From Phaeosaccion multiseriatum (lineage: Eukaryota; Protista; Ochrophyta, other classes), in assembly GCA_965112735.1 (NCBI GenBank), contig OZ218950.1, forward strand, positions 2,480,001 to 2,544,000: 64,000 bases of DNA, in the 5' to 3' direction. Every line of letters begins with the position of its first letter. Position 1 is the stretch's first letter. The translations under genes and the position numbers were made by a program. Shown in pieces: positions 44,101 to 57,337 of the stretch. The notes below the pieces were generated by a model that saw only the letters and a program-made list of their open reading frames with translations, made no database searches and was not told where the DNA came from.

Positions 44101-46077
44101 ATGGCTTCGAACGTTCTATGGGCGGACATGACGGGGTTAACGCCCTGGGAGGAGACAAGGGCAGTGCGGAAGAAGGTGAGAAATGGATTCGAAGCCCTGA
44201 ACGATTGAAAAATTCCGTGCCCTCTCTTGCTCTCTCTTCTCGCACTCTCTTTATTCTTCTCCTACTTCGCCACCGCCCCCTTGTCCCTCCCTTTCCGTGT
44301 GTTTGTATGGTACTAAAGGTCACGGACGACACCAGGGTGAGCCCCAAGGTGGCGGAGCTGGACGAGATGGTCAAGTGCGCCGTGTGCCTAGACCCCATGA
44401 AGAAAACAACCCTGGTCATGGCCTGCCTGCACCGCTTCTGCAAGGGCTGTGTGGAGGAGCATCTGCAGTGCAGTCAGCAGAAGAAGAATTGCCCCTCCTG
44501 CCGGACCAAAATCGTCTCCCACCGCTCTCTCCGGTGGGTGATGGAGTGGAGCCCATAGTGTACTTTGATCGGATCGTAGAGCGACTTCGTAGGGAGGGGT
44601 GCCTTTTGTTGCTCGCCTTTGGTGGGCAAGGAGCATCAGATTCCTATTCCGCTCAGCGAAGACTTGGCAGAAATGCACGAGGCTCTCCCCCTCCCCGTCC
44701 GTTCCGTTCGTGCCCACCTTTGCCCCGTCCCCCCCGCACAGCCAGCTCATCCCTGCCCGCCGCCTCCTCCTCCACCTCGTCCATCCACCTCGTCCATCCA
44801 GACCCGACTCCACATTCGACTCCATCATCCGAGTCATACACCCAAATCTGGAACAGTATTCCGCAGAGAAGGACGCTGCCATCCAGGTGGGTGGGTTTGG
44901 TTGGTTGGTTGGTAGGTCGGCTGGTGGGGGCTTGATTGGTTGGGTTTAGTGGTTGGTTGGTTGGGTGATTGGTTGGGTGCTCGGGGTTGGCTTGTTGCAT
45001 GGCACAAAGTATCTTTCCCCACCCAGACAAGGGAAACGGAAGGGACGGGGAAGGGGGAGTATAGAGCAAACGCCGCACCACTGCGGTCGCTGCTTGTATC
45101 ACCAACTGCTGCTGCTCTTGTATCACCAACTGCTACGCTGTGCACTCTATTAGGCGGCCAACAAAAAGTATCGTGAGAGCTCCAACCGCGCCATCTGCTG
45201 TCTAGCGGGAATGGAGATCCAGCAGCAGAACTACAGCCGACCGGGAGCAAGGAGGAGAGTCAGCGACAGCAACGCTCCCCACCACAGCCCAGCAGCAGGA
45301 ACAACCGCCGCAGCAGCAGCAGCATCATCATCACCCGCAGGAGGAGCAGCTTCCGCGAGCGCTGCTGCTGGCGACGATCATGACGAAGACGAGGACAACG
45401 AACTCGGACAGCACTACGGAGCAGTCCGAGGAGGACGAGGAAGGGGCAGGGGCAGGGGGCGTGGCAGGGGAAGGGGGGGGGAGAGAGGCGATGGGGCAGC
45501 AGCAGCAGCAGCAGCAGGATGGCGAGGCACGAAGCGACCACGGGGCGGGGGTGGGGGGAGTGGGGTAGGCAAGGGCCGGGGAGGGGGGAAGTCGTCATCC
45601 ACAGGCTCAGCAGGCATCGACAGCTGCGTAACGTTCGTCTTAAGGTGCCATCCCGACCACTTGGTGGAGCTTCCCAAGTTGGAGAAGGAGCTGGTGCAGG
45701 CCCCGTATTTGTGCAAAGTGAGGGAGGGAGTGAGCGGAGGGAGGGAGGGAGGGAGAGCAAATTGGGGGGCACAGGGTTGGGTATCTCAATACCCACTAAA
45801 TCACTGACTTACAACATCTCTCTCCCTTTGCGTGGTGCACCAACTAAATCTGTACGCTCGATACTGATGGAGGCCATTAAATGACTCCAGTACTGACGCT
45901 ATTCACTACTTCTGACCCTCCCTCCCTCCCTCGCTCGCTCTCACCCTCTCTCTCTCTCCCCTCCCCTCAGGTGGACCACCTGCACCAGTTCCTTGCCCTG
46001 AAGCTGCGGCTGGAGCAGGCAGGCCACGGCCTCGAAGTCGTCATCTTGTTCGAGGACAAACTTGTACGTGTATCGCC

Positions 46078-46116
<39 letters not shown>

Positions 46117-46127
46117 GCCTATCTGCC

Positions 46128-46188
<61 letters not shown>

Positions 46189-46263
46189 GCCTATCTGCCT
46201 GTCTGTCTGTCTGTCTGTCTGTCTGTGTGTCTGTCTATCTGTCTGTCTGCCTGTCTGTCTGCC

Positions 46264-46300
<37 letters not shown>

Positions 46301-47057
46301 GGTTGTCTGCCTGTCTTCCTGTCTGCCTGCCTGTCTGTCTGTCTGCCTGTCTGCCTGTCTGCCTGTCTGCCTGTCTGCCTGTCTTCCTGCCTGCCTATCC
46401 GCGGCCTGCCTGCCTGCCTGCCCGTCCATATGTCTCACCCGCCCTCCCACGCGCGCACTCACTCAGCTCACCTTACTTATTCAACTAACTCACGCACTCA
46501 CTTACTCACTCAGCTCACTCAACTCACTCACTCACTCACTCACTCACTCACTCACTCTCTTACTCACTCACTCACTCACTCGCTCACTCACTCACTCACT
46601 CACTCACTCTCTTACTCACTCACTCACTCACTCACTCACTCACTCAGCTCACCCAACTTACTCAACTAACTCACTCACTCGCATTCCCCACTATCTCTTT
46701 CTCTCTTGACCGTGTTGGCCGCATGCACGTGACCCCCCCTCCTCCTCTCCCCTTCGTCTGCATCACCACCTGCTGCAGGTGATACTTGATAAGGAGCTTA
46801 CTCTGCGGGACATTGTGCAGCACCTTTGGGACCCCAAAGATGTCCTCGTGCTCTTCTTCCGCCCTGCAGCAGCCGCAGTGGTGGCGGTGGAGACCCCTGC
46901 CCTTGCCCCTGACCCTGACGCTCTGCACAACGGCAGCGGCGATTCGCAAGCAGCAGGACAGGGGCAGGGGGGAGGGGGAGGGGAAGGGGAAGGGGAAGGG
47001 GAAGGGGAAGGGGAAGGGCAGGACCAAGGGCAGCAGCAAGGGCAAGAGCAAGAGTAA
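44101..47057 (+). CDS. RING1: Polycomb PRC1 E3 ligase RING1-like (RING + RAWUL)
   Basis: Spliced sequence MASNVLWADMTGLTPWEETRAVRKK|VTDDTRVSPKVAELDEMVKCAVCLD...CLHRFCKGC...CPSCRTKIVSHRSLR|PDSTFDSII mirrors RING1A/B (CLHRFC...SKRSLRPDPNFD). The C-terminus VTFVLRCHP...KVDHLHQFLALKL...LTLRDIVQHLW is RAWUL-like. Confidence 0.85.
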
Positions 47058-47767
47058 GGGTAAGAGCAGGAGCAAGGGCAGGAGCTAGAGCAAGAGCCAG
47101 CAGTACAGTAGAGGAGCAGGGGGGAGGGTGAGGGCAAGGGCGAGGATAGGAGAAGGAGCAGAAGGAGCAGCAGTTGGTGATACATTCGCAGCAACAGCAG
47201 AGGCAATAAAGAGGCCCACGCACAGGTACTGCATACTCTGGCCATCATCATCGTCGCTCTGCTTCGCTGCTTGAGTTCACTCTGTCCACCCATGCACACG
47301 GGAGGAGCTCGGAGCGTGTGGTATTTAGAAGCATACGGCACGATACAGTCCCTTGCCGCTCCAAGGGGGGGGGGGGAGCGCGAATGAGTGGGAGAGGGAG
47401 CAGCGACCATTGCCATTGTCAGTAACATGTAGGGCCGAGCAGGCTGAACGGTTTCTCTGTTCATGAATTCATTAGTTTTAATGTACAGGATATATGTGAT
47501 AAAAAGTGGAACAGCAAGGCACGCAACCAAGCCAGCAAGGGCTCGGCCTTGAACCATCCGTCTCACTCCTCACCCCCCCCCCCACACACACCCCTTCCCC
47601 CCCCCCCGTCATCCCCCTCCTCCTCTCCACATCCTGCTCAACAACCACGGTTCCGTCGTCCTCCTTCCCCCCCGTGTACAGCAGTACGACGTCATTCTCC
47701 TCCTCCCGACTCACTCTTCCTCCTTCCCCCACCCCATTCCTCCTTCTCCTCCTCCCCCACTCGGGCT

Positions 47768-50748
47768 TTACCATCCGTCCTCCTCCCCCTCCTCCTCCCC
47801 TCCTCCCCTCCTCCCCCCACCCCCATCCTCCTCTCCCACCGCTGCCACTTGCGCAACAATCACAGTGACGTCGTCCTCCTTGCCACCAGTGTAGAGTGAG
47901 TCTGAGTCACTCCCTTCCTCATCGTCTGCCTCTTGGCCCCGCCCCGCCCTCCTCAGGCGCGCGTTTCGCTCCTGTTTCAAGGCAGCCTTGAACCTCCCCA
48001 TCAGGCTTGTGTCTGCACAGTTGGTTGATCGATTGGTTGATCGATTGATTGAGAGAGAGATGGAGAGATAAGAGGGAGCGGGAGAGAGAGAGGAGAGCGA
48101 GCGAGCGAGAGGAGGAGAGAGAGTGTGTGTGTGAGAGAGAGAGACAAAGAGGAGAGATAGAGGAGAGAGAGAAGGAGAGACTAGAAAGAAGATAGGATTC
48201 AACAAATGTTCAATGAGGACAACCAAAACCAGCCGTGGAAAACGAGGGGGAAAACATAACTCTGGTGGAGAACGAGGGCAATGCAGCAAGCAGTGTTTCG
48301 GAGGTCCTCCCGTCTCTTGTCCTGCCCTTGTCCCTATCCCCCAGGGTGTGTGGGGCGTCTCACCTGCCCGTCTGTACAGCGCCGCCTCGACCATCCAGGG
48401 GGTGCGCAGGTCGGTTTCCAGTGACACATCATAGGCCTTTTGGGCCAACGCCTCCGCGATGTCTTGCGAAGATGCTGAGAGAGAGCTATGTGAATGGAAG
48501 AGTGACACGAGATAAAAAAAGAGGGTCAGAGATGGGAGAGTGAATGAGAAGGGTAGGCCAGGGAGAAGGGGTCGGCTCTTTTTTGGGTGGCTAGAAGAGG
48601 GAAGAGGGAGGAGAAGCGAGCGGCAGAGAGAGAGGGAGGTAAGGAAAGAGAGAGAAGCGAGAGAGAGAGAGAGGGACAGGGACAAAGAGAGAGAGAGAGA
48701 GAGGGAGGGAGGGAAAGAGAGAGGGAGTACCAAAGAACTCAACGGGAACGGGTGGTTGGTCGGTGGGTCGCAAGGCTGTGATACTTTCACAAAGTGAAAG
48801 CGAATGTAAAACAACAAATTCCCTTACTCACGCACCCGTCCTTCCGACTATTATTACTGAGCAAGCTCTGCACAGCACCGACAATATCCTCATCGAACTG
48901 AAGAGAGGAGAGGAGAGAGAGGGAGAGAGAGAGAGGGAGAGATGGACAGAGACAGGGAGAACAGGGAAACAAAGGGACAGACAGAGGGAGGGAGATAGAG
49001 CACAAGAGAAAGGACGAAGAGAGAGAGAGAAGATCAGAGATCAAGTCCGAGAGGCAAGTACGAGAAAGAGTCGCCGCCCGCCCGTTCTTCCTCCACCCAC
49101 CCCCTACACCCCCCTGCACCCTTCCTCTCTCCCTCCGTGGACTCACGAGATTGTCGAAGAGGCCATCGCTGGCGACGATACACACGTCTCCGGCCTGCGT
49201 GTAGGAGAGGTAAGTTTGGCTCTGGAAAGGGGAGTCCGTCCCACTGGCAGGAGGGGGCGGTACGGAGGAGGGGGTTGGGGACGAGCGAAAGAGCGAAAGA
49301 AACCGATTGAGAAGGGAGTGAGTCCTGAGAAAGTGAGCGAGAAGGGAGAGCAACAGTTCCTCTTGCGTGGCCTCCTCCTCCTCCTCCTCCTCCTCCTCCT
49401 CCTCCTCCCACTCACTTGGCCCCGAGCTGGAAGGGTACGTTGAAGCGGTGCTGAAGGGGAGTGGAACGAAGGGCGACGTAGGGGTTGCCCGACATGTCGA
49501 AACGAATCAGCATGAGGCCACAGTCTCTGTTGTATCGCACACATTCAGTGACATATGAGTGACATGCGTGAAGGCAGAGTGGGCAGAGTAAGTTGCACGC
49601 GAGACGGGGTGGATAAGACAAGAAGTCACGCAGACACGAGAGATATAAAGAGACTTGCTTTACCTGCTTGAGGTGCTGCTGCATGCAAGAGAGGAGACAA
49701 GAGTAGGGAGGGAGCAAAAACACCCCAATGTACCACCCAACGCCCACTCACCCAATGTTGGCCGCAGTCAGTAGGCCCGACGCCCCGTCAAAGCTGACGA
49801 GACAGGCGGTGCAAGTACCCGGACTGGTGCTGAGCGTTTGGGCGTGCTCTAGTGCGAGTTTCAAGTCGACCCCTTTGAAGGTTGCAATGCCCTGCATTGC
49901 CGTCTCCATACCCCCTCCCCCTCCCGCCTGGCTCAGGATCCGTTGGGAAGTAACGTTGGCCGCTGTGAGCGATGTGAACTCGGCCACTTGTGCGGCAGGG
50001 TCGTATCCCCACCCTTTCCACCCGCCCACCCCGTCAAACACACCCAAGTCGTGTCTGTGTACAAAGAAAGAGTCCTCACTGGGAGAAGAGGAGTAGCAGG
50101 AGTAGTAGTAGTAAGAAGCAGCAGAAGCAGGCTTAAGTGCATCGACGGGAGGGGGAGAGGTGGGGTACGCATTGCACAGTAGGGCAGAGGGGTGTGGAGA
50201 AGGGAAATGGGAAAAAATGAAGGATCATCTTTTGCCGCCAGGTAGACAGAGAGATACATGACCGACCCAGACTTCAGGTGTGCAAGAGCAGCTGTGACAA
50301 GTCCTCCTCTCTGCACACAGTCATCCTGCCATCCCAACGAACTCACTCACTCAAGCACGCACCTAACTTCTTTATCCTTTTGTGTCAACATCACCGCGGC
50401 TGAGTCACGGAGCTCCAAGCCTCTTCCCTCGTGCCGGCGTACGCTATTTGCAGCGGCTCTCCGCCTCTGGCTCTTGCTGCCCCTGCTTGCAGCCGCAGCA
50501 GACATTTTCGGGCCTTCGGAAGCGAGTAAGGCCACCGTACCTTTTCCCCGACTCCACGTCTGCAGCCTGCCCACAAAGCCACCCTCACTCCTGAAACAAG
50601 TGGAGGACGGGTGCGTTACGTAGCTCTGAACCCCTCTGGACTGCTGTTTCCCCTGCAGCAAGGCAATTGCAAGTGCGAGAAGCACACCCTGCGATGATGG
50701 CCGGGGCCTTCTTGTCCCTCCTCGTTGCCGCTCCTTCATTTCCACCAT
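47768..50748 (-). CDS. PPTC7: PTC7-type PP2C protein phosphatase
   Basis: Motifs EDSFF...GVFDGVGGW, GTCTAC, ANIG|DCG, QHRFNVPFQLG, IVASDGLFDNL, RTPW and GGKEDDVTVIVA. The N-terminal exons and start are approximate. Confidence 0.9.
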
Positions 50749-51070
50749 GCTGCCTTGCCGTCCTTCCTGAATCACAAAGCAAGCTGGAGCAGGCTGCAGC
50801 AGGCTGCTTCTTAGTAGTCCTGGGGCTAGAGCTCACTCATCAAAGCACAGAGGTGGCGCGCAAGGCGCGTCGTCGAGTCGTCGAGGTGGCGCATCACAGA
50901 TGGCGATCCCAGTTTCAGTTTCAGTCTAGTATTCTAACCTAGGCCGGTTAGTATTAGCAACAAAACAAAACAACATAATCAACAGCAGTAGAGCTGTAGG
51001 AGAAAATTTTCGAGAGGGTCCTTGGAGTGTAAGTCCAGCCCTCCTATAGCATCACAGGGGGGAAGGAAAG

Positions 51071-52226
51071 ATGGCGACGGAGGAAAAGGGTGGGGGGGTG
51101 GTTGCGGCAGCGGATGAGGGCCCCCGTATCTCCGAGCAGGAGATGGTAGAACGATACAGGATGATGTTGAGTCAGTGCCAACAGCTCAGGAAGAAGGTGT
51201 CGGAGGTGGAGGAAGATGCAAAGCAACACGAGTAAGTTGTACGATGAAGAAGAAGGGGAGGGAGAGAAGAGGGAAAGGGATCGGGATGTCGCAAAGCCTG
51301 CTTCTCTCCTGAGAGGCATGACACGATGCATGGCGGAGGGGAAGTGTATGATGCTTTGCACCTTACACCTCTTTTCTTCCGGCCTCTCCCCTGCCTTCCC
51401 TACGATCGTGCGATGGATGTTCTTTTCCCCCTCTCTCCCTTGATCTCCCCAGTATGGTACTAGGAAGCATCAAAACCATGGATCCCGGGCGGAAAGCTTT
51501 CCGCATGGTGGGCGGTATTCTAATGGAGAAAACTATCGGAGAGATCGTGCCCGCGGTGGGCGAAAACATGGCCAACCTCAACAACGTAAGTACCTGTGCA
51601 GTAGGTGTTACGAAAGAAGTAAAGTAAGAAGCATGGTAAACCCAACACCGTCCGTAGCACTCAAAACCCAAACCCTTGAAGTTGCGTCTAGCTGGTACCG
51701 TAGAGGTGGCGTGAGGTTGGAGTAGACGGAGAGAAGAGTGTGTGTAGAGAAGAGATTAGCGGCATCAGCGGCCTAGAAAGGGGAGGAGTAGAAGCGTAGG
51801 GATGGAAGGAGGAGTGTGGATGCCTTTGTCGCGAGTTGGGTGAGGCAGGTACTACCTCCTCAACATCCCGGCGCGCACCTAGTTGGGCGGAAGGGAAGCA
51901 AGCTCCGTTAACGTAACCGTTAACGAACACGGACATTTGTCTTGTTCCTTAGCCATTGGCCGTTGCTATGGTATTGCCCCAACTGCCTAGTCTCATGCTC
52001 GTGGATGCCAGAGGCTTCCTCTCACATTCCGAATGCATCGGTTCACTGTTTGCTCTCGCTCTCTCTCCTCGTTCCTTTTGAATCCTTCCTCCCCTCCCTT
52101 CCCCCCTGGCCTTCTCTCTGTGTCTGTCTATGTATGACCAACAGGCTAAGGAGATTCTGACGAACCAACTCAAGAAGCAGGAAGTGGAGGCAGCCAAATG
52201 GAAGATCAAGTATAATATCAAGAGCC

Positions 52227-52277
<51 letters not shown>

Positions 52278-52531
52278 TGGGTGGGTGGGTGCATGTACGG
52301 GTGTGGGTGTGTGTTCGTGTGTGTGTGTGTGTGTGCGTGTACTCTACTCCTTTCTGGCCCTCCAAACAAAGGCATGTCTGTAACCTCCACTTTCCCTTTG
52401 TCTGTCTGCCCTTCCAAACCCTCCCCCCCGCCAACGCCAATTACTATGCCCAACTATGCCCAACTTAGTCGGAGATGCAGGAGCAGGAGAAGCAGGCGAA
52501 CGCCGCACGAATGCAGCAGCAACGTTCATAG
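51071..52531 (+). CDS. PFDN2: Prefoldin subunit 2 (4 exons)
   Basis: Spliced sequence ...[15 protein letters not shown]|[35 protein letters not shown]...|[28 protein letters not shown]|SEMQEQ...*; RKxFRMVGG is characteristic of PFDN2. No intact ORF for it appears in the supplied track. Confidence 0.9.
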
Positions 52532-53255
52532 GGCTAATACACATCCCTCAATACATGCCTCTCCCGTCCTCTCGTGTGCGTGTGCTCCTCACGCCTGTAA
52601 GCATACTTGTCGCTCTGTGTGGGTATATGAGGGTACCCCTCCAATACCCCCCCCCCCCCCCCAAGTCGGACGTTACAGTTCACGTCAAGGCCACGAGGGA
52701 CACAGGAAGCCTTCAGAGGCCTCCCCCAAACAGAAGCCGGAGTTACCATGCTCGAAGGACTCGATGGGGAGCAGCTACTACCTCTTCCACCGCATCACCA
52801 CACCTCCTCCAACCCCCAAAACACTCTTACGCACACGGCATCTTTAATCTTTAGAGGTGTGACACCAGCCAAGCGTGTGGCACTTACTGTCTCAGTTCCA
52901 GTTTCAGTTCCATAAATAATGGCTCGGCCGAAAGGGGCGGCCCGCTAAAGCGATTAGCGCGTCATGGCTATTGTAGCCAGCCCCGAGGGGGACGGGGACG
53001 AGGGACGAGGCCGGTACCCCTGTAGCAGGTAGCACGCCGGCGGAAGAGGTTAAAGGCAGAGGGAAAGGCGGAGAAAGAGGGGAAAAGAAGAAAAAAGTCG
53101 ATTCATTGATCCATACAATATCGAACACGCGACAAACAAGCTGAAACTGGAAAGTCAATCTTCGTTGGCACGATGGCACTCGACCCGTGCCGGCACATTT
53201 GATTTTTTTCGGTGCTCCAATTGCTCCCAAGCAGCAGGGCGTGAGGGAGAGCAGC

Positions 53256-54179
53256 ATGGAGAAGCTCCCCAGGCTGGGTGTGGTATCCGCGCTTCTGCTT
53301 GCTTTCCACTCTGCTGGTCACCACGCTTTCCAGCACCTCAGCCTCCTTTCCTGGAGGCCTTCCGGGCTAGCACCAGCAGCAGCAGCAACGGGAGGACCCA
53401 GCACCAGCGTCCCAGCCCCCATAGCGAGGGGTCTTCGCATGTCCTGTGCTGCAGGCCAGGTCAGGACAAGAGGAAGGAGCTGGAGGAAGGGCAGCTCCGT
53501 GTCGTTGTCCAAGTTGGCAGCCGTGAACTTTAATAAGGACAGCTTTACATGGGGCGGGACGGCGGGCTTCAGAGAGGATGGCACCTTGACATTCGACGGG
53601 GATGGGGAGGAATGGGTAGAGCCCCCCTTCATTAGCGAAGAGCGGCGCAACAGGCCGCCTCCAAAGCGGAAGCCAATCTTTACCTACTCGCAGGCGCAGC
53701 GGTGGGCCAGGAACTCCGGGATTAGAACCGAGGCGGAGTGGTCGGAGTACCATCTTCGGGGAGAGTACAAGTGTGCGGCGCCTTACCGGCCAGAGAAGCG
53801 ACCGCAGGAGGCCTACGAGGCGGAGTGGACGTCTTGGGATGACTTTCTCGGGGTGCCCTACTCGTTCCAAGAGGCGAGAGAGAGGTCCAGAGCGCTCAAA
53901 CTCAAGGGGGAGGCGGAGTGGAGCAAGCTTGGCCTTGCTCGAAGGGTACAACGTGACCAATGGTTCGACTTTAGGGTACCGGTGTACCCGGATAAGATGT
54001 ACAAGGAAGAGTGGAAAGGGTGGGATGATTGGTTGGGCTGTGGAGAGGAGAAGACTGGGAACACAGCAGACTGCAAGCGCAGACAGATAAAGGGCAGCGT
54101 GGAGGAGGAGAAGGACCAGGAGGATGACAGTGACGAGGCCGGGGAGGACGGCGCAGCCGGTCCTGTCGCTACACAGTAA
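53256..54179 (+). CDS. Intronless protein with two integrase-repeat-unit-like (INT_rpt) repeats, putatively plastid-targeted
   Basis: Repeats FTYSQAQRWARNSGIRTEAEW...PQEAYEAEWTSWDDFLG and YSFQEARERSRALKLKGEAEW...PDKMYKEEWKGWDDWLG. N-terminal leader MEKLPRLGVVSALLLAFHSAGHHA-F. Confidence 0.75.
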   Translation: MEKLPRLGVVSALLLAFHSAGHHAFQHLSLLSWRPSGLAPAAAATGGPSTSVPAPIARGLRMSCAAGQVRTRGRSWRKGSSVSLSKLAAVNFNKDSFTWGGTAGFREDGTLTFDGDGEEWVEPPFISEERRNRPPPKRKPIFTYSQAQRWARNSGIRTEAEWSEYHLRGEYKCAAPYRPEKRPQEAYEAEWTSWDDFLGVPYSFQEARERSRALKLKGEAEWSKLGLARRVQRDQWFDFRVPVYPDKMYKEEWKGWDDWLGCGEEKTGNTADCKRRQIKGSVEEEKDQEDDSDEAGEDGAAGPVATQ

Positions 54180-54859
54180 TGACAGACGTGCTAAATCTGC
54201 TTGAGCAGACGGACGAACGGACTGCGCGGACCGCACTCCCTCCCTGCGTGAATGCCTCCCTTCCTCCCTGCGGCTCTGCGGGTTGAATGTGACACGCGCG
54301 GTGTGGACTTTGGAATGAAGGGCCGATGTGGTGGTGGTGGGGGTGGTTGGTGGTCGGTTGCGTCGGTTACATCGGTGGTCGGATGCCTACCACACATTGA
54401 AATTAGTGGTCCATCGTACTTTGGTCATCTCCTCTCGTAAAGCTAAAGGGGAGAGCGAGAGAGAGAGAGAGAGAGAGAGTACCCAGCCTACACACGCACA
54501 TACATACACACACTGTCCAGGAGTGCAAGGGGCAGTGTGTGGAGCAAGGGAGAGACTCGATCGATCGAGAGAGAGAGAGAGAGGGGAGGATGGGACAGAC
54601 TTTCGTACATACCACGACAGATGTACAAATGAGCAAACGGGGTGGGCGGAGGGGAGGGAGGGGGGTGGGGGTGAAGTACATACTGATGGGGAAAGCAAGG
54701 CAAGGCAAGGCACGGCGACGCTAGACGACGCAAGGAAGGGTTTTGGATTTTGATGCCCAATCGAATGGGTGTCCATATGTAGATAAAAGCACACGTATTG
54801 TTTCGCAAAACTGGGGAATGCATTTCTTTTTGGGCGTGCATGAGTGTGTGTGTATGTGT

Positions 54860-54897
<38 letters not shown>

Positions 54898-55927
54898 CGT
54901 GGAGTAATACGAAGCTACGGAGCAAGGGTCGGAGAGCACTTCACACCACAAAAACCTCAAACAGCTTATGTATTACCCTTGTATAGTTTTCTAAATAATC
55001 AATAAAAAAAAAGTGAGCAGAGCACTTCCTTTCCCCCTTTCTCACCACCACCCTCACTATAAAGTCAATAACCCCCCCCCCCCCCTCACCAACGCTGCCA
55101 CTGCAAGCAGTACCCCAGGCTGTATGTGTATCGGTGGAAGGCATGCCTTGCCACACTCTCCTCCCTGTTGGCACACAATATCCCTGCCTCCCTGTTGGCA
55201 TACAATATCCCTGCCTCCTTAGTAGCTTTCCCTGTGGCCTCCCCACTGCACCCGCTGCCCCTGCTGTGCTGTGCTTGTGGTCTGATTGAGTGCGGTCAAA
55301 TCGCCAATTCGAAGCCCCGAAGCCCCGAAGGCACGGCAAGGGAAGGCAAGGGAAGGCTTCTTGCTTTCACTTCATATGCCTCCTCCCTCGGCACACACAC
55401 GCACACGCACACGCCCACACACAAGCACACGCACACGCACACGCAGACGCAGACGCACACACAGGCGCACTGGCTACTACGGACAGTTAAGATCACCAGA
55501 GGAGGTAAGATGAGATCAAGTGCTTCACTGCCCTCGCCGTCGCTTGTGCCATGAGCAGGAGGAAGACGAAGACGAAGACCGTCTGCAGCACCGCACCGTA
55601 AGACACCGCACCGCAGTGCAAGGCAGTGTGTGCAGTCCCCAGTCTCTAACCCCAGCCCTGTCCTACCCGACCTGGCAGTCAGTCAGTCAGTCCGTCCGTA
55701 AGGCAGCTAGTCAGTCAATCAATCAGTAAGCCACTCAGTCAGTCAGTCAATCAATCAGTCAGTCAATGAACCAGTCAGTGAGTCAGTCAGTCGGTCAGTC
55801 AGTCAATCAATGAGTCAGCCAGAATCAAATAGACCGGCCAGATCAGGTCAGGTCAGATGACGTCACAGCACAGTAGTGCTTCGTCCCAGCGCTTCAGTCT
55901 TGAGTCCCAGCGAGGGCTTTTGCTTTC

Positions 55928-56824
55928 CTACTGTTTGGGCTTGGTTCGAAATGACTCAATCACCGCGGAGAAGTCTGAGTCTCCGTATGCCTCCTTGCAG
56001 CGGTTGTACTCCGCCTTGGCAGCTGAGGCGATGGGAAGGGCCTGACAGGAGTGGGGGGGGGGGGAGGAAGGGGAGGGGAGGGGAGGGGAGGGGAGGGAGG
56101 GAAGGGGGGGAGAGTAGAGAGAGGGGGCATGGTCACAGATCGAAAGGGAAAATGGTGGGACCCTTGCTTGCCCCTCACACCTCCTCACAGCTCCTCACAG
56201 CTCCTCCTCCTACTCCTCCTCCTCCTCCTCCTCCTCCTCCTCCTCCTCCATCAGCACCACTGCCTCCTCCTCCCCTCCTCAGCGCACCTGCCCTACTTGG
56301 TCCCCGAGCGAGACAGCAAAACGCATATCCTTCTGCTGATGCTTGAGCGGGAAGTTTGTCGCGTAATCCTTCTTGTCCTTATGCATCTTAGGGCCCTTGA
56401 GAGCAAACATTGGGTTGGCCATCGCCCCCAGCCCGAGGATTTGGATCAATTGATCGGTGCTCAGCCCCACCCCTTCGGCGAGGTTCATGCCCTCGGCGAG
56501 AGAGGCCATCATGCTGCCCATGATCATGTTTGCCACAAGCTTCATTTCGGTGCCTCTGCCCACAGTGCCGAGGAAGAAGGAGGCCTTGCCCATAAGACTC
56601 AAGTCTGGAAGGAGGGAGGGGTGGGATGGGAGGGAGGGAGACAAGAGCGGAGACCAGAGAGAGAGGCCTTGAAAAATTTGCTTATACAGAGTAGCTGGAT
56701 GGATGACAGAAACTTGACGGACCGACCGACCGACCGACCGACCGACCGACCGACCGACCGACTGGAACTAAAACTTGAGCTTGTTACCTTCTTGGACGTG
56801 GTCGTAAACTTCTTCATCTCCCGC

Positions 56825-56856
<32 letters not shown>

Positions 56857-57215
56857 GATACATGAAGGAGTTAGAAGAGAAAGAGAGAGAGGCGCACACA
56901 CGGAGTTTTTTTTTAGACAGAGAGGCGGAAGGGCATTCATTCATTCCTTCAGGGGAGAGAGGAGGGATGGGGAAGGGAGGGGCGGATTGGACAAGTCTGC
57001 ACAATCAATGCCTGCAAGAAGGCATTCACTCACTCACTCTCTCACTCAATCACTCACTCACTCACTCACTCACTCACTCACTGACTCACCACAAGAAGAT
57101 GAGCTGCCCTGTTTCCGCGGGCACCTGCTCGGAGAAGCAGGGCGGGCGGCAGTGGAGAGAGAGAGAAGAGAGAGAGGGAGAGAGGGAGAGAGAGAGAGAG
57201 AAGAGAGAGAGAGAA

Positions 57216-57248
<33 letters not shown>

Positions 57249-57300
57249 GGAGAGAGAAAGAGAGGGAGAGAGGGAGAGAGAAGAGTGAGAGAGAAAGAGG

Positions 57301-57337
<37 letters not shown>

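Noticed and set aside
43887-44175. ORF-track N-terminus (MVKQRY...) for the RING protein
   Set aside because: The other frame from ATG 44101, spliced at 44175/44319, matches the RING1 N-terminal pattern better.
46763-47566. 267-aa minus-strand ORF with an N-terminal hydrophobic segment
   Set aside because: It has no recognisable domain, overlaps the last RING1 exon antisense and lies in the probable PP2C 3' region. It cannot be supported without expression data.
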